Shown: positions 14,478 to 26,205 of the stretch, piece by piece
Numbering within the stretch: the stretch's first letter is position 1
Layout: each line of letters starts with the position of its first letter
Assembly: GCA_964016885.1 (NCBI GenBank)
Contig: OZ024748.1
Coordinates: forward strand, 52,142,001-52,206,000
DNA length: 64,000 nt
Direction of reading: 5' to 3'
From: Eledone cirrhosa
Lineage: Eukaryota
Notes under the pieces: generated by a model
What the model was told of the DNA's origin: nothing
Databases searched by the model: none
What the model saw: the letters and a program-made list of their open reading frames with translations, nothing else
Position numbers and translations under genes: made by a program

Positions 14478-14793
14478 ACACCGCCCCTTTCAATGTAAAG
14501 TTATGTTGGTGCCACAACATCCAGGCCGAAACAAATGAGGTCGTGTAGGTGTCACGTCAAAAAAACACACAGTTCACGCTGTAAGGTGGCCGTGTAGGCA
14601 ACATGGTAAAAACCTCCCAGCCCCACACTGTAAATGTGGTTGGTGTTAGGAAGGGCATCCAGCTGTAGAAAACCCGCCAGATAGTCCTATGCGAGCAAGA
14701 TAACTACTCTTGCCTCAAGTGGGAAAACCCTCCGTCCAAACCCATGCAAGCGTGGAACACGGACGTTAAACGATGATGATGATGATAATGATG
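14476..14793 (+). mobile_element. RTE 3' UTR fragment inserted in (TA)n
   Basis: Close match to the reverse complement of 1-260, ending in (GAT)n; shorter copies at 15186-15378 (+), 23750-23880 (-) and 25432-25600 (-). Confidence 0.85.
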
Positions 14794-15742
14794 ATATATA
14801 TATATGTTTTGTGAATAAGTATGGGGACAGAGGTGTCAATATATGCATTCATACATATATATGTATGTATGTATGTGTGTGTGTGTGTATGTGTGTATGT
14901 GTATACATGGCTATTTGATTATATATGTAAGTTTTATGAATATGTATTGGGGTAGACGTATAAATATATACATTCATACATACATATGTTTCTATATGTA
15001 TGTATATAAATCTGAGGAAGCAGTTCACTTCTCATCCACATGGGCTTGTGTTCTAGCCCCTTGTGTTGTTGCTCCACTTTCAGCAAGTCTCTTCTACTTT
15101 AGATTTGATCCCCATGTACATACATACATACATACATACATACGTGCATGGCATACATACATATATATATATATATATATACATATGAGGTCGTGTAGGT
15201 ATCACAACAAAATAACACACAGTCCACGCTGTAATGTGGCCATGTAGGTAACACGGTAAATACCTCCCAGTCCACACTGTAAACGTGGTTGGTGTTAGGA
15301 AGGGCAAACCCATGCAAACCCATGCAAGCGTGGAAGATGGACGTTAAACGATGATGATGATGATGATGATGATGATGATATGTTTGTTTATGTTTGGGTG
15401 TGGGTGTGTGTGAGTGTGTGTGTGTCTGTGTATTTCTCTGTGTATGAAAAGTAAACAAAAATCAACATAGCGTAATAATACAAGATATAATAATTACAAG
15501 ATATATTAATTCAATGCTTGGATGATTGTGAAAATCAGATGTAGATATTTACAATTTCTTTTATCTATATTCAGCCGTGATACAACATCTGACCTTCCAA
15601 TTATCATTAGTTAGTGATGGACTAACAAATCGTATTTGGAAGAATACATGATGTTGGGTGCTTAAGTGAGTTGCATCATCGTTCACTGCTTGATGCGTTG
15701 TATACACAATAATCATTAGTATATATATATATATATATATAT

Positions 15743-15920
15743 AGAACAAAGTAGGTGTGGTAAGATACCAGGTGAACCATAACGCACAAGAGTACTTGAA
15801 AGTTAAGGTAGTAGAGTGGGTAATAGGAAAAGAGTCAGGACCCCGTCTAAGCTCCGGCCGTTTCGACAAGTAGATCAAGACGACCGGAGCTCAGCCATCA
15901 GGGTCCTCACTCTTTTCCTA
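15743..15920. mobile_element. Fold-back island, family B (probable PLE end)
   Basis: gtggtaagataccaggtgaaccataacgcac..agtact followed by an inverted repeat; homologous to 21926-22121, 27050-27195 and 38619-38813. Confidence 0.65.
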
Positions 15921-15925
15921 TATAT

Positions 15926-16318
15926 GGAGGCACATGGCTTAGTGGTTAGAGCATTGGGCTTGCAATCGAAAGGTTGTGAGTTCAATTCTCAGACCGGGTG
16001 ATGTGTTGTTTCCTTGAGCAAGACACTTTATTTCACATTGCTCCAGTTTACTCAGCTGTAGAAATGAGATGACAGGGACTGGGGTCCATATCATTCCACT
16101 GCAAAGTGGTCGTGGAGGTGCCACGGCAAAAAAGCACCCAGCCCACACTGTAAAGTGGACGTGTAGGCGCCACGGAAAAAAAGCACCCAGCACTCACTGT
16201 AAATGAGGTTGGTGTTAGGAAGGGCATCCAGGTGTAGAAATTAAGCCAGAATCATTTCCCGTCCCACCCTTGCAAGCAGGGAAAAAGCGGACGTAAAATG
16301 AAATGAAATGATGATGAT
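15926..16318 (+). mobile_element. Full-length tRNA-headed CORE-type SINE with RTE-derived tail
   Basis: A/B boxes, CORE-like ccttgagcaagacactt, body near-identical to RTE 3' UTR 54409-54560, (ATG)n end. Confidence 0.9.
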
Positions 16319-16321
16319 TAC

Positions 16322-16357
16322 GAGCTGATGATCCGCTAAGGTGAAACAATTGTTCTC
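16322..16357 (+). ncRNA. 36-nt minimal hammerhead motif
   Basis: gag-CTGATGA-t-cc-gctaa-gg-t-GAAAC-aatt-GTT-ctc with palindromic stem-loop III (aacaattgtt). Confidence 0.65.
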
Positions 16358-17013
16358 TGTGTGGTAAACTAACTGTTGTGTAACCACTTCTCTATATATA
16401 TATATATATATGTGATGGACTCTCCCATTGATTTCGATGTAACTGTGTGTGTGTGTGTGAGTGTGTGTGTGTCTGTGAGTGTGTGTGATTGTGTGTGAGT
16501 GTGAGTGTGCGAGTGTGTGTGTGTGCATGTGAGTGTGTGTGTGAGTGTGTGTGTGTGTGTGTGAGTATGAGTGTGTTTGTGTGAGTGTGAGAGTGTGTGT
16601 GTGTGAGAGTGTGAGTATGTGTGAGTGTATGTATGTTGGCATGGGCTGTATGGTTGTCATGATGTAAGATGTGACATTGTTGGATATATCTTGCTGATCC
16701 ATTCTATATTTTGGCACAGACTCTACAACTGTGGATTCTGATAAAATTGAAAACTTCGCAGATAAAATTAAATCACTTCTGGCTCAGAAGAGGATGACAA
16801 TAGAAACCACATATATATACACACACATAAACACATACATACAACCTCACACGTAGACATACTCATGCACAAAACTCACATATATATATACACAGTAACC
16901 CACACACTCAAACTCACACACATACACAAATACACATATACAAATACATATGCATGCACACACAAAATCTCACATACATACATGTATGTACACACCAAAT
17001 CTTACATGCATAT

Positions 17014-17044
<31 letters not shown>

Positions 17045-17250
17045 GAGAAAGGGGACCCTGATTATAACTTGTTTCTCTGTACTGTTCTTCATTTTATGCA
17101 GTTGGTAGTTTGCCATCAAAACTTGAATTCTGTATATAAGAATTTGATTTAGTGCAGTATGCAGTACATATACCTCTACACCTGTATAGCAGAGTCCAAA
17201 GAAAATTGAGAGTAGGAAATAAATCTAAAGAAGAAAATAGCAAACCATTT

Positions 17251-17520
17251 TCTGGATGGTTCAACAGGTTTAGAAAATGGTCTGTTATTGATAACATTAG
17301 GGTTGTGAGGGGTGCCTGTAAATGTGAAGGATAGCACAGCAGCTAAATATTTGGCTGGATTGGAAACAAAAATATAATAATAATAAAGAAATAGAAGATC
17401 TTATTGAAGATGGTAGTTATGCTGATGAACAAATTATATATGTTGACAAAATGGGATTGTTTGGGGAGTGAATACCCAATAAAACTTACTTGCTGAAGGA
17501 AAGAAAAATTACAAGCTTCA
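17251..17520 (+). pseudogene. Tigger/pogo (CENP-B-like) transposase relic
   Basis: Broken frames give SGWFNRFRK...NIRV, LIEDGSYADEQIIYVDKMGLFW and IPNKTYLLKE, matching the pogo pattern GWF.RFK.R ... GY..EQIFN.DETGLFW..P..TY. Confidence 0.75.
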
Positions 17521-18611
17521 TGTTTCAGGGTCCATAATAGAAATTACTCAACTCTTCTTTCCACCTGGGAAAATCTAGAATAGATGACAGGAATGTCAGA
17601 GCATTGCTTTAGCCACCAACACCATCATCAGCATAAGCATAACCACCACCAACTCATCATTTATCATACTCATCATCGTCATCGTCATTGTCATCATCAT
17701 CATCATCAACATCATCATCATCATCCTCATCACCACCACCACAACCACCACTCATCATCCTCATCATTTCTTATGACATGCAGGGGACATAAACAACAAT
17801 GATGAAGACATTTTAAGTATAAAGTAGTAATGAACATATGATGAAGACGATAGCAAAGAGAGAAACAGATGAAGATGAGACACAAAGGAAAAATCATCAT
17901 TATCATCACTATTATCATCATCATCATCATCATCATTTTACATCCCCTTTCCATGCTGGAATGGGTTGGACATGATTTTTCATTGCCAGAGATGAAATAT
18001 AGTTGAATAGCCATATCTTGCTCCTACACTCCATGTTTTCACATGGTTCCTACTGTTGGATGCTTTTACTAATGCCAAACATTTCACAGAGTGTACGGGG
18101 TGAAATTTATCATAACAACAGCAGTATCATTTTATTATTGCACCAACAATATCAGATAACAGAGTGTATTGTGTGCATTTTATCATGGAAAGAAGCACTA
18201 CACAAAATGCACCCAGTACACTCTGCATCAAACTCATTTATTTCCTTCTTTATTTAATCAAATTTTATATATTCATCTGAAAGGTTTTTCAGAAAAACTA
18301 GTTTTTTCAAAGTGATTCTATATATTTTCTTTGTTGTCATCTGTTCTAAGCTGAAGGCTCATCCAGTTTCCTTAGCGTTAAGTGACAGAGTACAAGACTC
18401 ACCTTGGACAAGATTCTGAACTATCACAGGATGAACTCTCCAGCTACTGCTGGTACTGAATGTATTGGAGCAACTGAGTGTACTGGAGTAACATGAAATA
18501 AAGTGTTTTGTTCATGAAACAATGCAGCACTCTGTCCAGGAACATCCTAACAGAACTATTTTCACAGCAAGCACTACTTACAGTATTTGGGATATTGTTG
18601 TATATATATAT

Positions 18612-18820
18612 ATGGCTGAGTGGTTAGAGAATTGGATTCACAATCGTGAGATTGTGAGTTTGATTCCCGGACCGGGCAATTGTTATATCCTTGAGCAAGA
18701 CACTTCATTTCACATTGCTCCTTCTCCCTAGAGTTGCGACCGATAGATAGTATTAGCAATTGGAAAGACCAATAGAATCATTGTTTCCTCAGTCCGATCT
18801 GACGAAAGTCAATTGACTGT
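18612..18820 (+). mobile_element. CORE-type SINE, subfamily with non-RTE structured tail
   Basis: tggctgagtgg A box, ccttgagcaagacactt core, tail homologous to 22262-22348. Confidence 0.8.
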
Positions 18821-19230
18821 CAATATATATATATGATGGACTCTTCCGTTGATTCGATGTATGAGGGTTCAACAGTCTTTTCAGGTCATTGTTTTATGTT
18901 TATGCCTCAAATGGCACTTCAATCAAGCTGCTGATTGACACATCTATCCGCATTTGGTGTATGTGACAGGATCTCAAACAGAGCAGGCTGGAATGCCTGA
19001 CTGGACTCTGGTGTCAGATTTTATCTCACAGAGGTGGGCTAAATGAGATTTCTCAAAGTTCTTTATACCTTAGCGCCAGACAGTTCTCCATATTTTACAG
19101 TTGGCAGTCTTGGCTTCAAATGAAAGATATATATACACACACACAAGATATATATATATCTACACAAAGATATATATATATATATATATATATACAAAGA
19201 TATATATATATATATATATATACACAAAGA

Positions 19231-19755
19231 TCATCATCATCATCATCATTTTACGTCTGCTTTTCTCTGCTTGCAAGGGTGGGACAGGTCTTATTCAAAA
19301 CAGCATCTCTCCACTTGTCATGGTCCTTCGTCATGTCCACCATGAGCTTCAGCAATCTGAGGTCTGCTCTCACCACCTCCGCCCATGTTTTTCATTGTCT
19401 ACCTCTACCACATCGTCCTTCAACTAGCCTTTCCTGCCACTTCTTCATCCATCGGTCATCCTCCATGCGCATCACATGTCCATACCACCGCAGTCTCCTC
19501 TCTCGCACACTACAGTCTATCCCTCTCAGACACAGTTTCTCTCTCAACACATCCATGGTGGGTTGTTCACGCACATTAACATTGCACATCCAATGGAGCA
19601 TGCTTGCCTCATTTCTCTTCAGCCGTCGCATATCCTCTGCAGTTGCTGCCCATGTCTCACTACCATGCAGCATCGTGCTCCTCACACAGGCATCATATAA
19701 CCAGCCTTTCGTGCGCAGGAAGAAACCCTTCTTAGTCAACAGAGGAAGCAGCTCT
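19231..19755 (-). mobile_element. 3' fragment of a second RTE subfamily with almost no 3' UTR
   Basis: [39 protein letters not shown], one internal stop, then frame continues to LNKTCPTLASREKQT-stop immediately followed by (ATG)n. Confidence 0.92.
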
Positions 19756-19843
19756 CTCTCTATATATATACACAATGATATACATATATATATATATACA
19801 CACACAAAGATATATATATACACAAAGATATATATATACACAA

Positions 19844-19874
<31 letters not shown>

Positions 19875-20213
19875 AAGATATATATATATATATATATATA
19901 CACAAAGATATATATATATATATAAATATATATATATACACACACACATTACTAGAAATGTCCCAGATTTGTTGCTAATTTATAGACACATCTGCTTTTT
20001 ATTGTATATTCTAGTTTCTTGAATTTCTGTCATACTTTTCATATAAATGTTCTCATAGATTGGACTAATTTAATTTATTTTGAATTTTTTTTATCGAGCC
20101 TCCTCAAGATTTATGCCTCTTTTGTTATTAGATGAATATAGAATGTGTATGTGAATTGTTTATACTATCTATATCTTTATCTATTGTCTATACTATGTTC
20201 CAAATCTGTTTAA

Positions 20214-20472
20214 CCCTTTTATTTATCATATTTCCAACAAAAGTAACTACCTATGATTTTCAAATAATTTAAAAAATAATCAAGAATTTAAAATGATTTT
20301 GTAATGTAATTAACTTTGACATTATCTAGTTTATGTTTGGAACATAACTTAACAAAGATTCTTATATAAAATTATGATGAAAGATTTTTTAGATAAATGT
20401 AAACACTTGAAATCAAACAGTTTTGTATTGTAGATACCAGGGGTAATTTTAGGTGGTTTGGTATCAGAAGGG
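20214..20472 (+). mobile_element. piggyBac-like MITE (family 2)
   Basis: TTAA-CCCTT ... AAGGG-TTAA; related pieces at about 57630-57985, 59142-59205 and 59800-59977. Confidence 0.65.
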
Positions 20473-21176
20473 TTAAATGAAAAGGTAATTCTACTGTATT
20501 ATCCTTTGGTGATTGGCAGTATTGGTAAAGGGTCGGACGCCATGCTTTGCAGCATAGAGTTATGACCCTTTACGGTCTAATTTCAAAGCTCGCTGAGGTT
20601 AACTTTGCCTTTCATTCTAATGGGGTCGATAAAATAAAGTACCAGTAATACACTGGATAATTGCTGGCCTTGTGCCAAAAGTAGAAACAATTATTAGCCT
20701 GATGTTTAAAACAAGGTTTCCTACATACAATTATGATGGAAAGGTGTTTTTATCAATAGAAACACTTAAATTGAATTGTAGAACCAGAGATGTCATGCAG
20801 TTTGGTATGGTCTGGTTTGGTACTGTAACTCCTAATGGAGTCATAGGGGTATCATAGTGGCATACAACATTTCCTGGCCATTTTCAAGCTTGAAGGAGGC
20901 AATTCATCTCCAAATCTGAATACCAGATTCTACCAAAGAAGGATAGAAAATGAAAGAGAGGAAGTGAGAAAGAAATATAGAAGAATAATCGACTTCAGTA
21001 TTAAACTGGTACTTTTTTTAATAACCTCGAAAGGATGAAAGCCAAAATTGGCCTTGTGGGGATTTGGACACTGAGGCCAGGGTTGGAATTAATACCACAA
21101 AGTATTCTATGAAATCTTCTAATGACTAAGCCAATTCACCAGATAATGTTATTTAATTCTTCACCCTATAAAGCAT

Positions 21177-21333
21177 CCTAGACCCCACCATAGCTTTAAA
21201 AATCAGATAACCTAGGGCCCTTCATAGCTTTAGAAATCAAACAACCTAGGCCCTGTCATAGCTTTATAACTCAGACAATTCAGGGACCTTCATAGCTTTA
21301 GAAATCAGATAACCTAAGACCCGTCATAGCTTT
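21177..21333. repeat. Minisatellite, about 34-35 bp unit, about 4.5 copies
   Basis: cctagggcccttcatagctttagaaatcagataa variants; a stray partial unit near 21591. Confidence 0.85.
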
Positions 21334-21758
21334 AAAAAAAAAATATGTCCACACTATTTTAAATTCATTTTGTCCACACTAATGACTTAACACATTTTGG
21401 GTTGATGCTCCATGAATATTGTATATACAGACATAGAGCCTTCATTGTGCATTTTAAACTGGTTCATGCCATAAAACACTTACCTTCATACAGAATACAT
21501 CGCTATTATTTCCCCAAATTTACAGATAATATATACATGTCTAATTTGAATGGTATATTCTTGGTACTTTAAATTCTGTTCCACTTTTCACCTAGGCATT
21601 GTCATAGCTTTAACTAATATAATTTATTGTAAATTACTTATAGAGACCTCTTGTGATTAATGCCTCAAGTTTTTAAGTTAAATTAAGGTGTATATGTGAA
21701 GCACGTATTTGTCTATTTGTCAATTACCGGCACACACAAACACACATGTGTAAGTGTA

Positions 21759-21799
<41 letters not shown>

Positions 21800-21898
21800 A
21801 TGTAAAAGGTAAACAGAAATAACAACACAATCGGTACAGTATATGGAAGTGATATATTAGGTTAACGCTTGATATAGCAGGAAGAGGGTCTTAACGTT

Positions 21899-21925
<27 letters not shown>

Positions 21926-21929
<4 letters not shown>

Positions 21930-22121
21930 TAGTGTCGTAAAAACCAGGTAGACCATAATTCACCAGAGTACTCGATACTTGGGGTAATAGGGTGGGTAAT
22001 ATGAAACGATTCAGGACCCCGATGGCTGAGCTCTGGCTGTTTCGGCAGCTACATCCGAACTGTTTGGATTTAGCTGTCGAAATAGTTAGAGCTCAGCCGT
22101 CGGGGTCCTAAATCTTTTCAT
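21926..22121. mobile_element. Fold-back island, family B
   Basis: Imperfect inverted repeat aggaccccgatggctgagctct..cagct / agctg..agagctcagccgtcggggtcct between (TA)n tracts. Confidence 0.7.
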
Positions 22122-22138
22122 ATATATATATATTTATA

Positions 22139-22355
22139 GGCATGTGGCTGAGTGGTTAGAGAACTGGATTCGCAATCGTGAGGTTGTGAGTTCGATTCCT
22201 GGACCGGGCGATGTGTTATGTCCTTGACCAAGACACTTTATTTCACGTTGCTCCTTCTACCTGGAGTTGCGGCCAATAGATAGTATTAGCAATTGGAAAG
22301 ACCAATGGAAACACTGTTTCCTCGGTCCGATTTGACGAAAGTCGATCGTTAGGAA
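22139..22355 (+). mobile_element. CORE-type SINE, non-RTE structured tail
   Basis: A box tggctgagtgg, B box gttcgattcc, tgtccttgaccaagacactt core. Confidence 0.85.
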
Positions 22356-22395
22356 TATCTATATATATATTTTTTTAAATATATATGTATATATA

Positions 22396-22452
<57 letters not shown>

Positions 22453-23087
22453 GAGAGAGTGTGTGAAAGAGACAACAGAATCACACACGTGTGTATTTGT
22501 GAAAGTATGTATGTATCTATATATTGATATGAGTGTATGTATATAAAATAAAACAGAGAGAGAAGGAGAGAGAGGGAGGTGATAGAGACTGACAAGATAG
22601 TAACATGAACCCACATATATATATAAGTATTCTGCTGTCAATGATGGTTTCATTCAACGTACAAAAACAATTAAAGTCACTAATAATGTATATTTGTCAA
22701 ATAAATCATTTTCCTGTCATAACTCTATTCAATTAATTTTACTTATGATTAAAATGTATATGTATTTCATGTATCTGTATTATGTTCATGGTTCATAGTT
22801 ATAAAAACATGAGTATTTATAAATACACAAACATATATACATGTATATATGTGTGTATGTCTGTGTGTGTGTGTGTGTGTGTGAGTGCATGTGTGAAAGT
22901 ATGAGCTATGAGCTACAAGAAAATATGTGTGTGAGTGTGTGTATATATGTATGAGTTAAGTTATGAGCTACAAGAAAATATATGAGTGTAAGAAGAATCA
23001 GCTTTAGTGAGCAAGAATCCCAGTCATAGAAACTTGTAGGAGATAAAGATTGAGGTAGACATGGGCAGTAAGCTAAGATCATAGGAA

Positions 23088-23306
23088 AAATTTTGACTCT
23101 AGCAAACTCTAGTTGAATCTTCTTGCTTCTTAAATTTTGACTCTTGCAAACTATAGTTGAATCTTTTGCTTCCTAAATTTTGACTCTTGCAAACTCTAGT
23201 TGAATTTTCTTGCTTCTTAAATTTTGACTCTTGCAAACTCTAGTTGAATCTTCTTGCTTCTTAAATTTTGACTCTTGCAAACTATAGTTGAATCTTCTTG
23301 CTTCCA
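23088..23306. repeat. Minisatellite, 44 bp x5
   Basis: aaattttgactcttgcaaactctagttgaatcttcttgcttctt repeated head to tail with no spacers. Confidence 0.92.
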
Positions 23307-23502
23307 AAATTATAACTACATTATGATTATTTCCATTGCAATTGATGAGATCTCATGTACACAATGTCAGCCATCTTAGTATTGCCTGAAAGATAAGCAA
23401 CATTGGCACATATATGGTCTCTAACACCTATGATAGAGTAAACTTTGAAACCTTAGGTAGCATACAGCTGTGTTGAGAATTTATTTATAATTATAATGTT
23501 TA

Positions 23503-23712
23503 CTAGTATAGACACAAGGCCAGTAATTTGGGGGAAGGGGAAAGTCGATTAAATCGACCCCAGTACGTTACTGGTACTTTATTTTATCGACCCCGTAAGG
23601 ATGAAAGGCAAAGTTAACCTCGGCGGGATTTGAGCCCAGACCGTAAAGGGCCGTGACTCTGTGCTGCAAAGCATAGCATTCGACACTCTACTGATACTGC
23701 TAATCCACCACA
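23503..23712 (-). mobile_element. Nin/Deu-domain-type SINE
   Basis: ctggtactttattttatcgaccccgtaaggatgaaaggcaaagttaacctcggcgggatttga. Confidence 0.85.
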
Positions 23713-24075
23713 CCTATAATGATAATAATAATAATAATATATATATATATCATCAACTTGAGGCAAGATTGATCGGGTGACTGTGTCTCACTTGTAAGGA
23801 CTGTATCCCCTTCCTAAACACCAACCACATTTACAGTGTGGACTCAGAGCCTTTTTACCGTGTCTCCTGCATGCCCACTAATGTTATATATAAATTATAT
23901 TACTAATTGAGAGCACCCTGATCCCAACGACTTAATTTATTAACATTTAAAAAAAAAAAATTTTTTCTAATCCCGAAAAAAATTCTTTTTGGATTTTGTG
24001 AAGAAAATAAATTTGTTGAAAGCACAAGTGAAGCCATTTTTTTCTTCCCCCCTGTCTTAATATATATATATATAT

Positions 24076-24400
24076 GGAGGCACATGGCTTAGTGGTTAGA
24101 GCATTGGCTTTGCAATCGAAAGGTTGTGAGTTCAATTCTCAGACCGGGTGATGTGTTGTTTCCTTGAGCAAGACACTTTATTTCACATTGCTCCAGTTTA
24201 CTCAGCTGGGGTCCCTATCATTCCACTGCAAAGTGGTCGTGGATGTGCCACGGCAAAAAAGCACCCAGCACTCACTGTAAATGAGGTTGGTGTTAGGAAG
24301 GGCATCCAGCTGTAGAAACCAAGCCAGAATCAGTTACCGTCTCACCCTTGCAAGCAGGGAAAAAGCGGACGTAAAATGAAATGATGATGATGATGATGAT
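24076..24400 (+). mobile_element. CORE-type SINE with RTE tail
   Basis: Near-identical to 15926-16318 but lacking one internal module; a 3' half copy is at 27535-27806 and an inverted head at about 26895-26950. Confidence 0.9.
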
Positions 24401-24414
24401 ATATATATATATAA

Positions 24415-25080
24415 TAAAATTTGTTTTCGCTCTAACATAGCAGATAAATAAATGCATTTGTGAGTTTTATATCAAATTATAATAATATTATTCATATTCG
24501 ATTCATTTGTAAGCATACAGCCTCATAACGCCATGTGTTATATCAAGGTTCTACACAAAACAGCGTTTATAGAGAAAAAATGGAATTGGAAATATCTTTT
24601 ATACATTATAAAACTCCTTTTTTTTAAAAGAATTATTCCTCTCACTTTTTCAATAATGTCACTTTGACGAATCAAAGAAGAAAAAAAGAAAATCAGATCC
24701 TTACGAATATTTTCTGTGCTATTTCCAATTCCACTTTTTCTATATATATATATATGTATTCATGATTTTTATATCAAATATAAATAATATAATAACAATA
24801 TTAATATTTGAGTTATTCTAGCGGTAACATAGAAAAACAATCGACTTTCAAGAGTTCTAGTGTGTAGCAGAAAAGGAGATACATAATCTTGACAAGGGGA
24901 AATAATTGTTTCTCTATGCTACTGATAGAACAAAAGGATGATGATAACCATCTACAAAACATGGCATTATGAGGCTGTTTGCTTGCAAACGAATCCAATA
25001 TTAATAATATTATTATTATTTGATATAAAACTCATGAATGCATTTACTTATCTGCCATATTAGAACAAAAACAAATTTTT
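24415..25080. repeat. Diverged inverted repeat (about 24415-24535 vs 24960-25080)
   Basis: aaatttgtttt..gcagataaataaatgcatt..cagcctcataacgccat versus atggcattatgaggctg..aatgcatttacttatctgc..aaaacaaattt. Confidence 0.75.
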
Positions 25081-25108
25081 ATATATATATATATCATCAT
25101 CAACATAT

Positions 25109-25139
<31 letters not shown>

Positions 25140-25410
25140 ATAAAATATTATAGTATCGTGAGAGAGAATATAGAGAGAAGAGGAGAAGAAACATTATAGG
25201 AGGAGACGATACAGATAATTAATTGCCAGCAGCAAGGGCTTTAGTGCTCGATGCTTATACAAACGGGGTTAAACATTAGAAGCATTAATATTTAGTGTGT
25301 GAAGATAAGTAGAGCAATTATAATCGAGGAAATTGAAGAAATAGAAGCAGACCTTTAAAATATAATTTATAGGGAACTCTTACACATGTTACGCCCATAT
25401 ATATATATAT

Positions 25411-25443
<33 letters not shown>

Positions 25444-25701
25444 GTTTAACGTCCATCTTCCATGCTAGCATGGGTTAGACGGGGGTTGTGCCACTTGAGG
25501 CAAGGTTGGTCGGGTGACTGTGTCTCACTCGTATAGGACTATCTGGCAGGTTTTCTATGGCTGGATGCCCTTCCTAATACCAACCACATTTACAGTGTGG
25601 AACTGTATATATATATATATATATATATGCATATATATGTCCCAAGGCTCTGATACCATCAACACTATAAACACAGAGCTGGCATATCTAAGAACTGACT
25701 A

Positions 25702-25757
25702 ACTGCCTGATGAGGTCATAGCCATTCAATGGCTATCATCGAAATATATAGAGCAGT
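25702..25757 (+). ncRNA. Hammerhead motif with mutated cleavage triplet
   Basis: actgc-CTGATGA-ggtcatagccattcaatggctatcatc-GAAAT-atat-AGA-gcagt; relative of 31768-31820, where the triplet is ATA. Confidence 0.6.
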
Positions 25758-25797
25758 AAATAAAGGATTATGAGTTCATGCAATTGGCTTATGTTTC

Positions 25798-25833
<36 letters not shown>

Positions 25834-26172
25834 GTCAGGGTGATATCATTTATACATAACATTAGTGATAACATGAACATACGATAATTAAAAATATAGA
25901 AGTATATGAACACATCTGCAATATGTCTAAATATATAATAAGCATACATTTAGTCTTGCTGTGAATATTCACATTGTGATCATGTCACATATACCTCAGC
26001 ATGAGGGTAAGAGAGCAAGTCTAGATCACTGTTGTTACAGTTCCCTCCAAAAGTCTCGCAATCAGCCATATTGTTCGTCTTGCCTCAGGATTAATGGCCG
26101 TGTTATGTTTCTAGCTTGTAAAGAACCTTCTAGCAATATAAACAGCATACTATATACAGACCTAAAACACAT

Positions 26173-26205
<33 letters not shown>

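Noticed and set aside
23088-23306. CRISPR-like appearance of regular repeats (also 21177-21333 and 63720-64000)
   Set aside because: Contiguous tandem units with no unique spacers, no cas genes, eukaryotic context.
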